From NCBI GenBank assembly GCA_041191025.1, contig JBEEPQ010000005.1, positions 210,204-274,203 on the forward strand: a stretch of DNA of 64,000 nt, given 5' to 3'. Of this stretch, positions 39,295 to 49,518 are shown in pieces (position 1 is the stretch's first letter; every line of letters starts with the position of its first letter). The notes under the pieces are model-generated. The model saw nothing but the letters and a program-made list of their open reading frames with translations, was not told where the DNA came from and made no database searches. Source of the stretch: Bacteroidota bacterium (GTDB lineage Bacteria; Bacteroidota; Bacteroidia; Flavobacteriales_D; Crocinitomicaceae). The translations under genes were made by a program, and so were the position numbers.

Positions 39295-39894
39295 CTATTT
39301 GATACACTGAACTTGAACAGTTGCTGACATTCCCTTATGAAATTCCCCTTCATTAATTTCTCGAATAACCTCTTGAATGGAAACTGAAGTGAATTCAGAA
39401 AAAGCGGCTTCTAATTCTTGCTTATCATATAGATATTCCATCGATTTCGGTCCACCGGTACCATACGTCAATTGGTCTTTTGTATAAACTTCCATTAGAA
39501 GTATTCCCCCAGGTTTTAAGCCGGCACTAATACGTTGGTACAACGATGCCCTTAAACCCTCGTTAAAATGGCCGAAAATCATTACAATTCCATCCCATGC
39601 TTCGTGTTCAATTTCATACAGACCGAGGTCTGCACATACGGTACAAACTGAAACCCCATGACTTTCTGATAATTGTTCTGTTTTCTTTAATCCGGATTCC
39701 GAAAAATCAACGCATGTTACATCAAAGCCTTGAGTGGCAAGATAAACGGCATTCCTTCCTTCTCCTTCAGCTAAGCACAAAATTCTTCCCCCCGGTTTAA
39801 GGGAGGAAGATGTTGCTCTTAAAAAATCGTTTGGTTGATCTCCATACATGAAGCCTGGTTCACCAAAGCGTTCATTCCAAAATGTTTTGTTCAT
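39295..39894 (-). CDS. Class I SAM-dependent methyltransferase (TehB/thiol-methyltransferase-like)
   Basis: ILCLAEGEGRNAVYLA..GFDVTCVDFS motif I / post-I region. Confidence 0.7.
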   Translation of the reverse strand: MNKTFWNERFGEPGFMYGDQPNDFLRATSSSLKPGGRILCLAEGEGRNAVYLATQGFDVTCVDFSESGLKKTEQLSESHGVSVCTVCADLGLYEIEHEAWDGIVMIFGHFNEGLRASLYQRISAGLKPGGILLMEVYTKDQLTYGTGGPKSMEYLYDKQELEAAFSEFTSVSIQEVIREINEGEFHKGMSATVQVQCIK

Positions 39895-39895
39895 G

Positions 39896-41308
39896 TTATA
39901 AAAGTGTGGTTGGGCAAATGTATTCAGTTTTTGGGATATTAGTTTTCAAAATATCCGTCATTCCTCCAATAACATCTACAAATTGTTCAATGCCACGAGA
40001 TTTTAAAATGGAGGCAGCAATCATACTACGATAACCGCCCGCACAATGTAAGATAAAGGCCCGATCTGATGGGAATTCAGTGAATTTCTGGTTAATCTGA
40101 TTTAAAGGGATATTCATTGCACCAACTACATGTTCCGATTCAAATTCACTTTGTTTACGGACGTCAATTACAATGGGTGACATTGCGTATCGTGTTTCAA
40201 ATTCTTCGGCTGTAATTCTAGTAATCATGTCAATTTCCTTGGATGCTTTTTTCCACGTATCGAAGCCGTCTTTCAAGTAGCCTATGGTGTTGTCATATCC
40301 TACTCGAGCAAGACGAATTATCGATTCCTCTTCTCGTCCTGGTTCTGTAATAAGCAGTATTTCTTGTTTGATGTCTGTGATCATTTCACCTACCCACATC
40401 GCAAAGTTTCCGTCAATACCAATATTAATTGAATTGGGAATAAATCCTTTGGCAAACTCTTCTGCCGAACGTGTATCTATCATTAACGCACCCGTTTCAT
40501 TGGCTGCCAATTCAAATGCTTCAGCACTTAATGGGGTGTTTCCGCGGTCAATGATCGTATCAAGTGACTCATATCCTTGAATGTTCATCAGTACATTCTT
40601 CGGGAAATACCCCGGAGGAGTAGTTAATCCAGTTAGCAGTTCTTTTTTAAATTCCTCCTTTGTCATGTCCGCACGCAAGGCATAGTTGGTTCTTTTTTGA
40701 TTCCCTAAGGTATCAGTTGTTTCCTTGCTCATTTTTTTGCCGCATGCGCTTCCAGCACCGTGGTTCGGATACACAATTAAGTCATCGGACAATGGCATGA
40801 TTTTATTTCTCAATGAATCGAATAAATAGCCTGCTAATTTATCTTCTGTAAGATCAGAAATAACATGTTGAGCTAAATCAGGACGACCAACGTCACCAAT
40901 AAATAAGGTGTCACCGGTAATGATTCCGTGCGCTTTCCCTTGTTCATCAATTATTAAGTAGGTGGTGCTTTCCATGGTGTGACCCGGGGTGTGTAATACC
41001 TTGACCTGGCAGTTTCCAATATTAAATACCTGATTATCTTCGGCTACGATCGCTTCAAATCCTGGCTTAGCGGTTGGACCATAAACTATTTTGGCATCCG
41101 TTTTATTAGCTAAATCCAAATGACCCGAAACAAAATCTGCATGAAAATGTGTTTCAAAGACATACTTGATCGTTGCGTTGTTACTTAAAGCCTTGTCAAT
41201 GTAGGGTTGAACCTCACGAAGTGGATCAAAAATTGCTGCTTCACCGTTTGATTCTAAGTAATATGCCGCGTGAGCAATGCACCCTGTGTAAATTTGTTCT
41301 AATTTCAT
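39896..41308 (-). CDS. MBL-fold persulfide-dioxygenase-like hydrolase fused to two rhodanese domains
   Basis: HFHADFVSGH, HTPGHT, and C-terminal rhodanese with active-site loop HCAGGYRS. Confidence 0.85.
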   Translation of the reverse strand: MKLEQIYTGCIAHAAYYLESNGEAAIFDPLREVQPYIDKALSNNATIKYVFETHFHADFVSGHLDLANKTDAKIVYGPTAKPGFEAIVAEDNQVFNIGNCQVKVLHTPGHTMESTTYLIIDEQGKAHGIITGDTLFIGDVGRPDLAQHVISDLTEDKLAGYLFDSLRNKIMPLSDDLIVYPNHGAGSACGKKMSKETTDTLGNQKRTNYALRADMTKEEFKKELLTGLTTPPGYFPKNVLMNIQGYESLDTIIDRGNTPLSAEAFELAANETGALMIDTRSAEEFAKGFIPNSINIGIDGNFAMWVGEMITDIKQEILLITEPGREEESIIRLARVGYDNTIGYLKDGFDTWKKASKEIDMITRITAEEFETRYAMSPIVIDVRKQSEFESEHVVGAMNIPLNQINQKFTEFPSDRAFILHCAGGYRSMIAASILKSRGIEQFVDVIGGMTDILKTNIPKTEYICPTTLL

Positions 41309-41408
41309 AATGTCTGTTTTTATAGGATTAACAAGACAAAATTAATTGAGAGACAAGGAGTTTATTGTGATGTAAGTTACAGTTAAACCTGATTTATATC
41401 ACATTATT

Positions 41409-42926
41409 TTAGTGCTTAATCGCAACTTTTATCGTGTTATTTGAAACTTTTATAAGATAATTTCCACTTGGGAGATTAGACGTTTTAATGTTACCCAAAA
41501 AATCTATTTTTCCTTTTTGTAATAATTTACCATCGATTGAAAATATAGTGTAGGGTTGATTTATATTTCCATCAATATGAAATTCCTCATCACACGGATT
41601 AGGTCCGAACTTCAGGATTTCTTCGCCCAATCCACCCAACATTTCCACACAAAAAGGTTCGTTCACCCAAGGTTCATTTGAATTAAGCGGATAAAACAAT
41701 GGGGAAGGGGACGGGCCATTGGTCACCGTTGGAGTAAAGGTCGTTTTTATCGGGGCAATTTCATTTAATGGAAGTTCATTTTGGGGGTAGGTACAATATG
41801 TATAGAGTGCCTCTATAGAATCAACTTCCGAAATGGCATAATGTTTTTGGAGAATTACTTGAGATTTAATTCCATACAACGGACCAGCAGATAGTATTGT
41901 AATTGACGTATCTCCTTCCATCAGGGTTTGAATATTTCCATAATGCATTAAGGTTTGTGTAGGGAGTAGATTCATACTTTCAATTCGATGGGCATATGAG
42001 CCAAACCCGCTCCCACGCCAATACCAACAGGTGGCGCTGTCAATCACTGAAAGTGGTTTTGTCGCCAAGTCTTCTGGCATAGACATTCCTCCTTGATAAG
42101 TTTTCTGATCTATAACGGTTCCATTAAAATCCATTTTCATTACATCAACTGATTCCATCATGTGACCTCGATTCGCTAGAATTATGGCCCCATGTTGAGG
42201 TATTACCTGAATGAAATCTGGTTGTACGGTATGGTCGTATTTCGAACCCTCAATTATATTGCCCACGGTATCAATTTTCATTAATATACCCGAGAAATTT
42301 CCTAAATTAAAAATGTTTCCACATACAAAAAGTGATGAGTCCGCCAAACAAATATCATTCAACTGGAACCCATTCAAATTGGAATCATAGGATGTTGTCC
42401 AAAGTACATTACCCGATGCGGTTATTTTACTTAAGGAATTGCTTACACCACTGATTCCTGATGTCAATACGAAAAAAGAAGTGTCATTGATTCGTTCTAT
42501 ATCTCTTACCGTTGCATCCATCCCGGGATCTGAGATACTATGCGTTAAGGCCCATAGGGCTTGCCCTTGTTGATTAACAGCCATCGAAATCCCTTGCCAA
42601 ATTTCAGAAGGGCCCACGGCTAACGAGATTTTACCACCAATTATCGCAAGGGTATCGTTAATCTTGGTAATTTGATTGAATTCAGAAAAACTTGATAATG
42701 CTCCTTGGCTTAAAAATGTTGCTTGAAACGCTTGTCCTTGAGGGGTGTGAACCGTTATAAATCCATTCGCAAAGGCTTGTGTCCCCACTACAAGATAATT
42801 CCCATTGCCCATTTGAACCACTGATTTAGCTTGAATATCATAGAGTTGACTAAACGTGCGGTTGACAAAAGACTGTGATTTGAAGAAAAAGGGAAGAAAT
42901 CCTAGGACTAAGAGAAAAAATTTCAT
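41409..42926 (-). CDS. Hypothetical secreted protein with T9SS type A C-terminal domain
   Basis: Signal peptide. C-terminus FGPNPCDEEFHIDG...GNYLIKV. Confidence 0.65.
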   Translation of the reverse strand: MKFFLLVLGFLPFFFKSQSFVNRTFSQLYDIQAKSVVQMGNGNYLVVGTQAFANGFITVHTPQGQAFQATFLSQGALSSFSEFNQITKINDTLAIIGGKISLAVGPSEIWQGISMAVNQQGQALWALTHSISDPGMDATVRDIERINDTSFFVLTSGISGVSNSLSKITASGNVLWTTSYDSNLNGFQLNDICLADSSLFVCGNIFNLGNFSGILMKIDTVGNIIEGSKYDHTVQPDFIQVIPQHGAIILANRGHMMESVDVMKMDFNGTVIDQKTYQGGMSMPEDLATKPLSVIDSATCWYWRGSGFGSYAHRIESMNLLPTQTLMHYGNIQTLMEGDTSITILSAGPLYGIKSQVILQKHYAISEVDSIEALYTYCTYPQNELPLNEIAPIKTTFTPTVTNGPSPSPLFYPLNSNEPWVNEPFCVEMLGGLGEEILKFGPNPCDEEFHIDGNINQPYTIFSIDGKLLQKGKIDFLGNIKTSNLPSGNYLIKVSNNTIKVAIKH

Positions 42927-42998
42927 TTTTATTTCAAATGTAACTAAAAAGACAGACTCAAGTGCTCAACCTTTATACCTTTGGCTTGTTAAAAGAAT

Positions 42999-43904
42999 AT
43001 GGCAGTAATTGAAGTTTCCCATCTAGCCAAGAATTTTGGTTCCTTTCACGCAGTGAAAGATGTATCTTTTCATGTAAATGAAGGAGACGTATTTGGATTT
43101 TTAGGTCCAAACGGTGCCGGTAAAAGTACTACCATTCGTTGCTTGCTGTCCCTTATTCGTCCAACTGACGGGGAGATTAAGTTTTTTGGTAAATCCTTAA
43201 ATCAAAATCGATCCGAAGTGTTAACACGGGTTGGGTGTATTATTGAAAAACCTGATTTTTACAAATACCTTTCTGCGCAACGTAACTTAGAAATTTTTGC
43301 CCGCATATCTGGGAAAGACATTACCAAACGTCAAATTCAAGAAATGATTGATTTTGTTGGGTTGAATGGACGGGAAGGGGATAAAGTTTCTGGGTTTTCA
43401 CACGGCATGAAACAACGCTTAGGTATTGCTCAAACCTTATTGCATAATCCAGATGTTATCATTCTTGATGAACCAACTACGGGATTAGATCCTCAAGGAA
43501 TTATTGAGGTTCGAAATTTAATTCTTCGCTTGCGAGATGAACAGAAGAAAACGGTCCTACTTTCTTCGCATCAATTGTCTGAAATAGAAATCATTGCGAA
43601 TCGCATGGTAATAATAAATCAGGGTAAAACCATCGTAGAAGGTAATGTGCATGAATTGCTAGAAAAACAAAGCATGAATTTAGAGATTTCAGTAGCGAAT
43701 CCAACGGTTTTTGTGGAAACGATTCAACGCGATTTTTCTTCACTTTCAGTACGTTTAGTCTATCAAGGTACCTACCATATTGAAATGGAAGAGGACATTC
43801 GCCAGCCACTGATTCAGCGACTTGTTGAGACCGGATGCGGTGTTAAGGCGGTAATTCCTAAGCGAAGTTTAGAAGATTTTTTCATTAAAATGACCGAGAA
43901 ATAA
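42999..43904 (+). CDS. ABC transporter ATP-binding protein (ABC-2 exporter type)
   Basis: GPNGAGKST, signature FSHGMKQRLGIA, ILDEPTTGLD. Confidence 0.9.
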   Translation: MAVIEVSHLAKNFGSFHAVKDVSFHVNEGDVFGFLGPNGAGKSTTIRCLLSLIRPTDGEIKFFGKSLNQNRSEVLTRVGCIIEKPDFYKYLSAQRNLEIFARISGKDITKRQIQEMIDFVGLNGREGDKVSGFSHGMKQRLGIAQTLLHNPDVIILDEPTTGLDPQGIIEVRNLILRLRDEQKKTVLLSSHQLSEIEIIANRMVIINQGKTIVEGNVHELLEKQSMNLEISVANPTVFVETIQRDFSSLSVRLVYQGTYHIEMEEDIRQPLIQRLVETGCGVKAVIPKRSLEDFFIKMTEK

Positions 43905-44746
43905 TGCTTTGGAAAAATACCATCAACGAATTACTCAAGATAGCTACTAAAATTAGAAGTTATATCGGAATAGGCGCATTAACGCTATTAATCCTGATTG
44001 TACTTTTTGCCATGATAGCCGATGGGAAATCTTACATTGGTTTTGTTACGGCTTCCTTTGAACAAACCTTAAGTTTTAATGGAAAAATTTTAAACGGTAA
44101 TTTAATTGCCTTCATCATCATGCAGATGTTGATCGTGCATGTTCCCCTATTAATTTCATTAGTAACCGGTGATTTACTCTCTGGGGAAGAAGCCTCAGGT
44201 ACGATTCGAATGCTGGCTACAAAACCCATTTCAAGAACAGGTATTGTCTTGTCTAAATGGATAGCAGCAACAATTTACACCTTGATTATGACCGTTTGGT
44301 TGGGCTTTTTGTCGCTTTTTGTTGCGAAATGGATGTTCGGTACCGGCGATTTGATTGTCTTGAATTCCAATGGCTTATTGATTCTTCCAGAAGCAGATTT
44401 AGCGTGGCGTTTTGCACTGGCACTTCTTATTGCATTTCTTGCGTTGTGGACCGTTGCTACCTTATCCCTTGCGTTTTCTGCCTTTGCAAAGAATAGCGTT
44501 GGACCGATAGTTTCCACCATGTCGGTTATCATTTTATTCACCATTATTGGCACCTTGGATGTTTCAGTGTTTGATTCGATTAAACCCTATATGTTTACTA
44601 CGCACATGGCGGCTTGGCGTAGTGTGTTCGAAGATCCATATCCTACATCAGCCATTTGGGAATCGGTACTAATTTTAGTGGCTCACATTGCCGTGTTACT
44701 TGGCATCACCCTCTTTCGATTTAATAAAAAAGATATTACCTCATGA
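43904..44746 (+). CDS. ABC-2 family transporter permease
   Basis: Six hydrophobic segments. Start overlaps the ATPase stop. Confidence 0.65.
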   Translation: MLWKNTINELLKIATKIRSYIGIGALTLLILIVLFAMIADGKSYIGFVTASFEQTLSFNGKILNGNLIAFIIMQMLIVHVPLLISLVTGDLLSGEEASGTIRMLATKPISRTGIVLSKWIAATIYTLIMTVWLGFLSLFVAKWMFGTGDLIVLNSNGLLILPEADLAWRFALALLIAFLALWTVATLSLAFSAFAKNSVGPIVSTMSVIILFTIIGTLDVSVFDSIKPYMFTTHMAAWRSVFEDPYPTSAIWESVLILVAHIAVLLGITLFRFNKKDITS

Positions 44747-45426
44747 AATCAGTTTTACTTTTTGTTTTTATCCTTTCAGGGGGATTTGGATTCGGTCAAA
44801 CCGCAGAAGAAATCCTTAAAGGGGTAATTGATAAAATCGACCTCGTTGAAGATTATCAAGCCGATGTTCAAATTAAAGCGGCCATTCCATTTATTAAAGT
44901 ACCCATTGCAAAAGCCAAAATCTATTTTAAACAGAAGGATAAGTTTAAAGTGGAATCAAAGGGAATTGCCATCCTTCCTAAACAAGGAATGAGTGATTTA
45001 ACTGGATTTCTATCCAATGAAAAAAAGTATAGTGCCGTATTGGGAGAGGCAAAAACAATTAATGAGCATAAAACACGCTTGATCTCAATCCTACCAACCG
45101 ATGAAAACAGTGAGATAATTTTGGCGAAAGTGTACATCTCCACGTCGGAGGATTTAATTTATAGAACCGTACTAACCACCAAATCAAGTGGCACGGTCTC
45201 TATTGATTATGAATATAACCTGAATAAAAAGTATGGCCTACCCAATAAAATGACCTTTACGGTGGACATCAAAAAATTCAAAATGCCAAAGAGTGTAGCT
45301 TCGGATATTCGCAATAACGAAAAGCAAAAGAAATATAAAGACAATGAAAAAGGTACGATCGTGTTAACCTTTTCAAATTATCTGGTCAATAAAGGGATTT
45401 CAGACGACGTCTTTAAAAAAGACTAA
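44743..45426 (+). CDS. LolA-like / outer-membrane lipoprotein-sorting-like protein
   Basis: Signal peptide, size, and N-terminal AEEILKGVIDK...DYQADV pattern. ATGA-coupled to the permease. Confidence 0.45.
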   Translation: MKSVLLFVFILSGGFGFGQTAEEILKGVIDKIDLVEDYQADVQIKAAIPFIKVPIAKAKIYFKQKDKFKVESKGIAILPKQGMSDLTGFLSNEKKYSAVLGEAKTINEHKTRLISILPTDENSEIILAKVYISTSEDLIYRTVLTTKSSGTVSIDYEYNLNKKYGLPNKMTFTVDIKKFKMPKSVASDIRNNEKQKKYKDNEKGTIVLTFSNYLVNKGISDDVFKKD

Positions 45427-46427
45427 TAGATATTTACTTCGCGCTCCAAGCTCACCCCAAATTTTTCTTGGATATCTTTAATGATGCGTTGTGAAAGGTC
45501 ATAAATTTCTTTTCCTGTCCCGCCACCATAATTCACTAATACTAGTGCTTGAAGTTCATGAACTCCAACATTGCCAAAGCGTTTACCTTTCCAGCCTGCT
45601 TGTTCGATTAACCAACCCGCAGCCAATTTCACATGGCCTTCGCCGGCCGGGTAGGAGGGAACACGCTCATAGCTTGATTGAATTGTTTGAAGAACCTCGT
45701 TAGAGACTACAGGGTTTTTGAAGAAACTGCCGGCATTCCCGAGTAATTTAGGGTCAGGTAGCTTTGATTGACGAATGCGAATTACTGCATTGCTAACATC
45801 TTTGATGCTAGGTGTAGTTATTCCCATTTCATTTAGTTCTGCCTCAATTACTCCGTAAGATGTATTAATGGTTGGATTTAGCGATAAGGTAAAAGCAACG
45901 CTACAAATGATATATTGATTTTTTAATTCATGCTTGAAAACGCTTTCTCGATATCCGAAGGCACAATCGGCTAAATAAAATCGCTTAACGTCACCCGTAG
46001 AAATTTCTACGGCATCTAGATAAGCAAAGGTGTCTTTAATTTCTACCCCATATGCGCCAATATTTTGCATGGGTGAGGCGCCTACACAGCCAGGAATTAA
46101 ACTTAAATTTTCTAGCCCACCAAAGCCCTGATTAACGCAAGAGATAACGAAGTCATGCCAATTTTCTCCAGCACCCGCCTCAACTATTACATGCGTTTCA
46201 GTTCGTTCAATTTCCTTTACCCCCTTGATGCAGTTACGAACAAACAGCCCTTCAAAATCTTTCGTGAACAACATGTTGCTTCCTCCCCCTGAAATTAAAG
46301 TATCTGTATTTCGTATGGCGGGAAGGAGGTCAATTAATTCCTCAATACTTGAAAACGACGAAAATAATGCAGTGCGTACATCAATTCCAAAGGTGTTGAA
46401 TGGTTTAAGGGATACGTCTTTTTGCAT
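45423..46427 (-). CDS. murB: UDP-N-acetylenolpyruvoylglucosamine reductase
   Basis: LKPFNTFGI, GGGSNMLF, GLENL..IPG.VGA.P.QNIGAYG. Start trimmed to MQKDVSL. Confidence 0.9.
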   Translation of the reverse strand: MQKDVSLKPFNTFGIDVRTALFSSFSSIEELIDLLPAIRNTDTLISGGGSNMLFTKDFEGLFVRNCIKGVKEIERTETHVIVEAGAGENWHDFVISCVNQGFGGLENLSLIPGCVGASPMQNIGAYGVEIKDTFAYLDAVEISTGDVKRFYLADCAFGYRESVFKHELKNQYIICSVAFTLSLNPTINTSYGVIEAELNEMGITTPSIKDVSNAVIRIRQSKLPDPKLLGNAGSFFKNPVVSNEVLQTIQSSYERVPSYPAGEGHVKLAAGWLIEQAGWKGKRFGNVGVHELQALVLVNYGGGTGKEIYDLSQRIIKDIQEKFGVSLEREVNIY

Positions 46428-46453
46428 GTTCAAAACTAACAAAAAAGTGTAAG

Positions 46454-47272
46454 CTAACGGGTGAAAAATCCATAGTCGCCCGGGTGAATGGTATAAAACC
46501 AATCAAACCAATTTAAATGGTGACTAAAAATAAAGCCTCGACTGGCATGTTTTGGAACAAAGACTCGTCCACCTTTGGCCGGATATAAGCGTTCTAAGTT
46601 CTTAACAGGACCTTGTGGCGCAATACCGTCTTGAAAACAAATAATGTCGGCCTTAGGATCACCTAAATTACTTCCGTATTGCCAAACTTCTTGGAATTTA
46701 TTCCAGTCGTAGCCCATAAAATCAGGGGTTTCTGGAGCAATTATTAAAATCTTCCCTAAATTATAAATAGAATCTACTTGCGTTAAAAATCCAAGAATGT
46801 AGGCATACCCCATGCTGTGGCAAACAATGTCGAGTGTGTCGTTGCGGGGATTTGACTTTAAGGAGTCTTTTGCAAATTGTAAAAAGTTTCTTCCGCAGAT
46901 TTTCCCGTTTTCATAGCGCGTTAGAAATCCCTCGGGATTTGGCTTGGTATTTAATCCAAACCCTCGTTTACTTCGAAACCAGATTAAACGCGTAAAAACA
47001 TACGAACAAGCAAAGCGGAATTTACTTCGGTGCGGGGAGGTTTTTAATGGATGATGTCCAGAGATATAAACTGGTGTTACAGGCAAAAAACGATTGATTA
47101 TGGTATCGTCATAATTATACCAATAACTTTGTCGCTTTGTCGTAACTCCATTGTCTCTTGGAATCTTATCTTCTTTTGGTCCGAGGTACCCATTAGCAAA
47201 AATTAATATACGTTGCTGGGCATGGATTGACATTGTTGCACACAGCAGGAAAAATAGCAGTTTATTTCCCAT
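46454..47272 (-). CDS. Secreted alpha/beta-hydrolase-like protein
   Basis: Signal peptide and a GxSxG-like CHSMGYAY motif. Confidence 0.4.
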   Translation of the reverse strand: MGNKLLFFLLCATMSIHAQQRILIFANGYLGPKEDKIPRDNGVTTKRQSYWYNYDDTIINRFLPVTPVYISGHHPLKTSPHRSKFRFACSYVFTRLIWFRSKRGFGLNTKPNPEGFLTRYENGKICGRNFLQFAKDSLKSNPRNDTLDIVCHSMGYAYILGFLTQVDSIYNLGKILIIAPETPDFMGYDWNKFQEVWQYGSNLGDPKADIICFQDGIAPQGPVKNLERLYPAKGGRVFVPKHASRGFIFSHHLNWFDWFYTIHPGDYGFFTR

Positions 47273-47945
47273 ATTGGTAGAAAATTCCTCCAGCAAAAGC
47301 AGTCCAATAACATCCGCGTTGACCCGCAGACTTCAAGCCCTCATTTACCCAAGAATTACACGTGTTTAACACGCTATATGCACCTTTTGCATCATAATAT
47401 CGGTCGTAGTCGAAGGTGGTTCCTTTAACCTTGGAATGTAGCAATACCGGTTTATTATGTTTGAATTTAACGGTCCGTTTAATATAAGCACAAAGTCGTT
47501 TGTATTGATTTTCTGTAATTCTCAACTTAATAATCGGACGATCACTCGGGATTTCGTAATGGTAATACGCATGAATCGCTGCGCCACTTAAGCCAAACGC
47601 TCCACGAAAGGCGGTAGAAAAGGTTAAATCGCTAAAACTCGGTGTGGTTAGAAAAAATCGTTTATCGCCCATGCCAAGCCCAATCCAATGGAAAGTGGTA
47701 TCGTAAACTTTGTTGTTTTCATATGGAAACATGGCGTCCCAATGTTGTATTTTGTGATGAACCGGGACAATGATGTCGGTATGTACACCGGATTGCATAA
47801 AGTAAATTGTTACTTTTCTTGGGTCTTTGGTAATTTCCTTTTCAACAGGGATTAAGGCGAGGAATACGCAAAGCAAAAAAAAAGAAATAATAACAAGCCC
47901 GATAAGTGACGAGCTGTATTTTAATATGGTGATTACCTTTTTCAT
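47262..47945 (-). CDS. TIGR02117/DUF2459-family protein
   Basis: SGVHTDIIVPV, GLGMGDKRFF and LNTCNSWVNEGLK blocks. Confidence 0.6.
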   Translation of the reverse strand: MKKVITILKYSSSLIGLVIISFFLLCVFLALIPVEKEITKDPRKVTIYFMQSGVHTDIIVPVHHKIQHWDAMFPYENNKVYDTTFHWIGLGMGDKRFFLTTPSFSDLTFSTAFRGAFGLSGAAIHAYYHYEIPSDRPIIKLRITENQYKRLCAYIKRTVKFKHNKPVLLHSKVKGTTFDYDRYYDAKGAYSVLNTCNSWVNEGLKSAGQRGCYWTAFAGGIFYQYGK

Positions 47946-47948
47946 GGC

Positions 47949-48581
47949 TCATCCGTTTTTTTTACGACCTGTCAACCAGGAAATGAGTATTGGACTAACT
48001 GAAATCAGAACGATTGCAATCGCCATCAAATCTACATGTTCTCTAATCCATTTAACTTCACCTAATAAATACCCTGCAATCATCATTGATCCCACCCAAA
48101 GTGCACCGCCTAAAAGGTCATAGCTAACGAACGTTCTGTATTTCATTTTGGCAACCCCCGCAGCAAACGGTGCGAACGTTCGGACAAAAGGAACAAATCG
48201 AGCCAAAATGATTGCCTTGGTTCCATGTTTCTCAAAAAACAAGGCAGTTTTATCTAAATATTCTTTTTTTACTAAGGGTTTTCCTCGAAAAGAAAATGAG
48301 AATACATTCAAACCAATTTTTCTTCCTACCCAATAATTTATGTTGTCTCCAAGAATTGCTGCAATAAACAATAAAGGAAGGAGAATCATGAGGTCGAGTT
48401 GTCCACTTTTACAAAATAACCCTGCAGTAAATAACAAGGAGTCTCCCGGTAAAAATGGAAAAGCAACTAATCCAGTTTCTATAAAAATTACAAGAAAAAG
48501 AATGATATATATTGCGGTCCCAAATTCTTGTACAAACCATGTAATATCTAATGCAAAAAGATGCTGTAAAATTTCTATCAT
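47949..48581 (-). CDS. DedA/VTT-domain membrane protein
   Basis: FIETGLVAFPFLPGDSLLFTAG and ARFVPFVRTFAPF.AG motifs. Start trimmed to MIEILQ. Confidence 0.8.
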   Translation of the reverse strand: MIEILQHLFALDITWFVQEFGTAIYIILFLVIFIETGLVAFPFLPGDSLLFTAGLFCKSGQLDLMILLPLLFIAAILGDNINYWVGRKIGLNVFSFSFRGKPLVKKEYLDKTALFFEKHGTKAIILARFVPFVRTFAPFAAGVAKMKYRTFVSYDLLGGALWVGSMMIAGYLLGEVKWIREHVDLMAIAIVLISVSPILISWLTGRKKNG

Positions 48582-48582
48582 G

Positions 48583-48897
48583 TTAATCGAGTTTGAGCGA
48601 AGGGTCAACTTCTTTTTGCCACCCTTGTATGCCCTGTTCAACAATTATTACCTCCACGAAGCCGAGTTCGGTTTCAATTAAATTCCCTGCAGCTTGGGCT
48701 CTTTTTCCGGATTGACATAACAATACCAAGGGAGTGCTTCGATCTTTTTCTTGAAGGAATTCGATTAGGGTTGCCATCGGAACATTATTGAATCCACAAT
48801 TGACATGATGATATTCATACGGTTCACGAATATCAAGGGCAAGAACGGTTCCTTTTTCAAGGAGTTCTTTACATCGACTGGCATTCCAATATTTCAT
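48583..48897 (-). CDS. Single-domain rhodanese sulfurtransferase
   Basis: Active-site loop CQSGKRA, 104 aa. Confidence 0.7.
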   Translation of the reverse strand: MKYWNASRCKELLEKGTVLALDIREPYEYHHVNCGFNNVPMATLIEFLQEKDRSTPLVLLCQSGKRAQAAGNLIETELGFVEVIIVEQGIQGWQKEVDPSLKLD

Positions 48898-48912
48898 TCG
48901 ACAAAAATAGAA

Positions 48913-49452
48913 TTATTGATTGAATGTAGCATGAATGGCTTCAAGCAATTCAATCTTGCACCTTTCAAAAGGTTTGTGTTCTGTATTTATTTTCAACCAA
49001 GGGTTAACGGGTTCTTCGTATGGCTGATGAATTCCCGTGAAATTTCCCTCGTTCTGTTTTTGCTTATTCGAATAAAGCTGCTTGACATCACGTTGTTTAC
49101 AGCCTTCAATAGAGCAGTCCACATGGATCAAAAAGCATCGATTTATTCCAATGACGTGTTTTATCATTGTTTGAATTTCATGAGTAGGTGAAATAAGGGC
49201 AGCCAACACATGGATTCCTTGTTCGTTTAGTATCCTGGCTATATTTGCAGCCCTCCGATTTTGTTCCATTCGGTCTTCTTCGGTGAATCCAAGGTCACTC
49301 GAGATGGTACGTCTAAGTTCATCCCCATCCAAAACAATTACCTTCTTTCCAGCTTGGGTTAATTCTTCAGTTAGCGCTTTAGAAAGTGTCGTCTTTCCCG
49401 CGCCAGATAATCCCGTAAACCAAAAGGTGTGTCCTTCTTCCATCATAACCAA
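48913..49452 (-). CDS. cysC: Adenylyl-sulfate (APS) kinase
   Basis: FWFTGLSGAGKTTL P-loop, LDGDELR. Confidence 0.9.
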   Translation of the reverse strand: MVMMEEGHTFWFTGLSGAGKTTLSKALTEELTQAGKKVIVLDGDELRRTISSDLGFTEEDRMEQNRRAANIARILNEQGIHVLAALISPTHEIQTMIKHVIGINRCFLIHVDCSIEGCKQRDVKQLYSNKQKQNEGNFTGIHQPYEEPVNPWLKINTEHKPFERCKIELLEAIHATFNQ

Positions 49453-49518
49453 AGGTAGGAACTTTTGTAAATTCTCCGCATGTGTAACACTTTGATTATC
49501 TTTGAAAAAAAATTAACT

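Noticed and set aside
39139-39327. 62-aa plus-strand ORF from the ORF track
   Set aside because: It lies antisense across the tRNA-Ser gene and its promoter region, so it is a spurious ORF.
41368-41403. Inverted repeat GTGATGTAA...TTATATCAC as terminator of the 41409-42926 gene
   Set aside because: It has an 18-nt loop and one mismatch, and no T-run follows on the minus strand, so it is not convincing.
48340-49191. 113-aa and 128-aa plus-strand ORFs, and similar shadow ORFs elsewhere (e.g. 40284-40580, 20968-21204, 3050-3241, 44275-44553)
   Set aside because: All lie antisense within genes that have strong motif support (DedA, rhodanese, cysC, MBL-rhodanese, BNR protein and others). Their sequences are low-complexity, so they are frame shadows.
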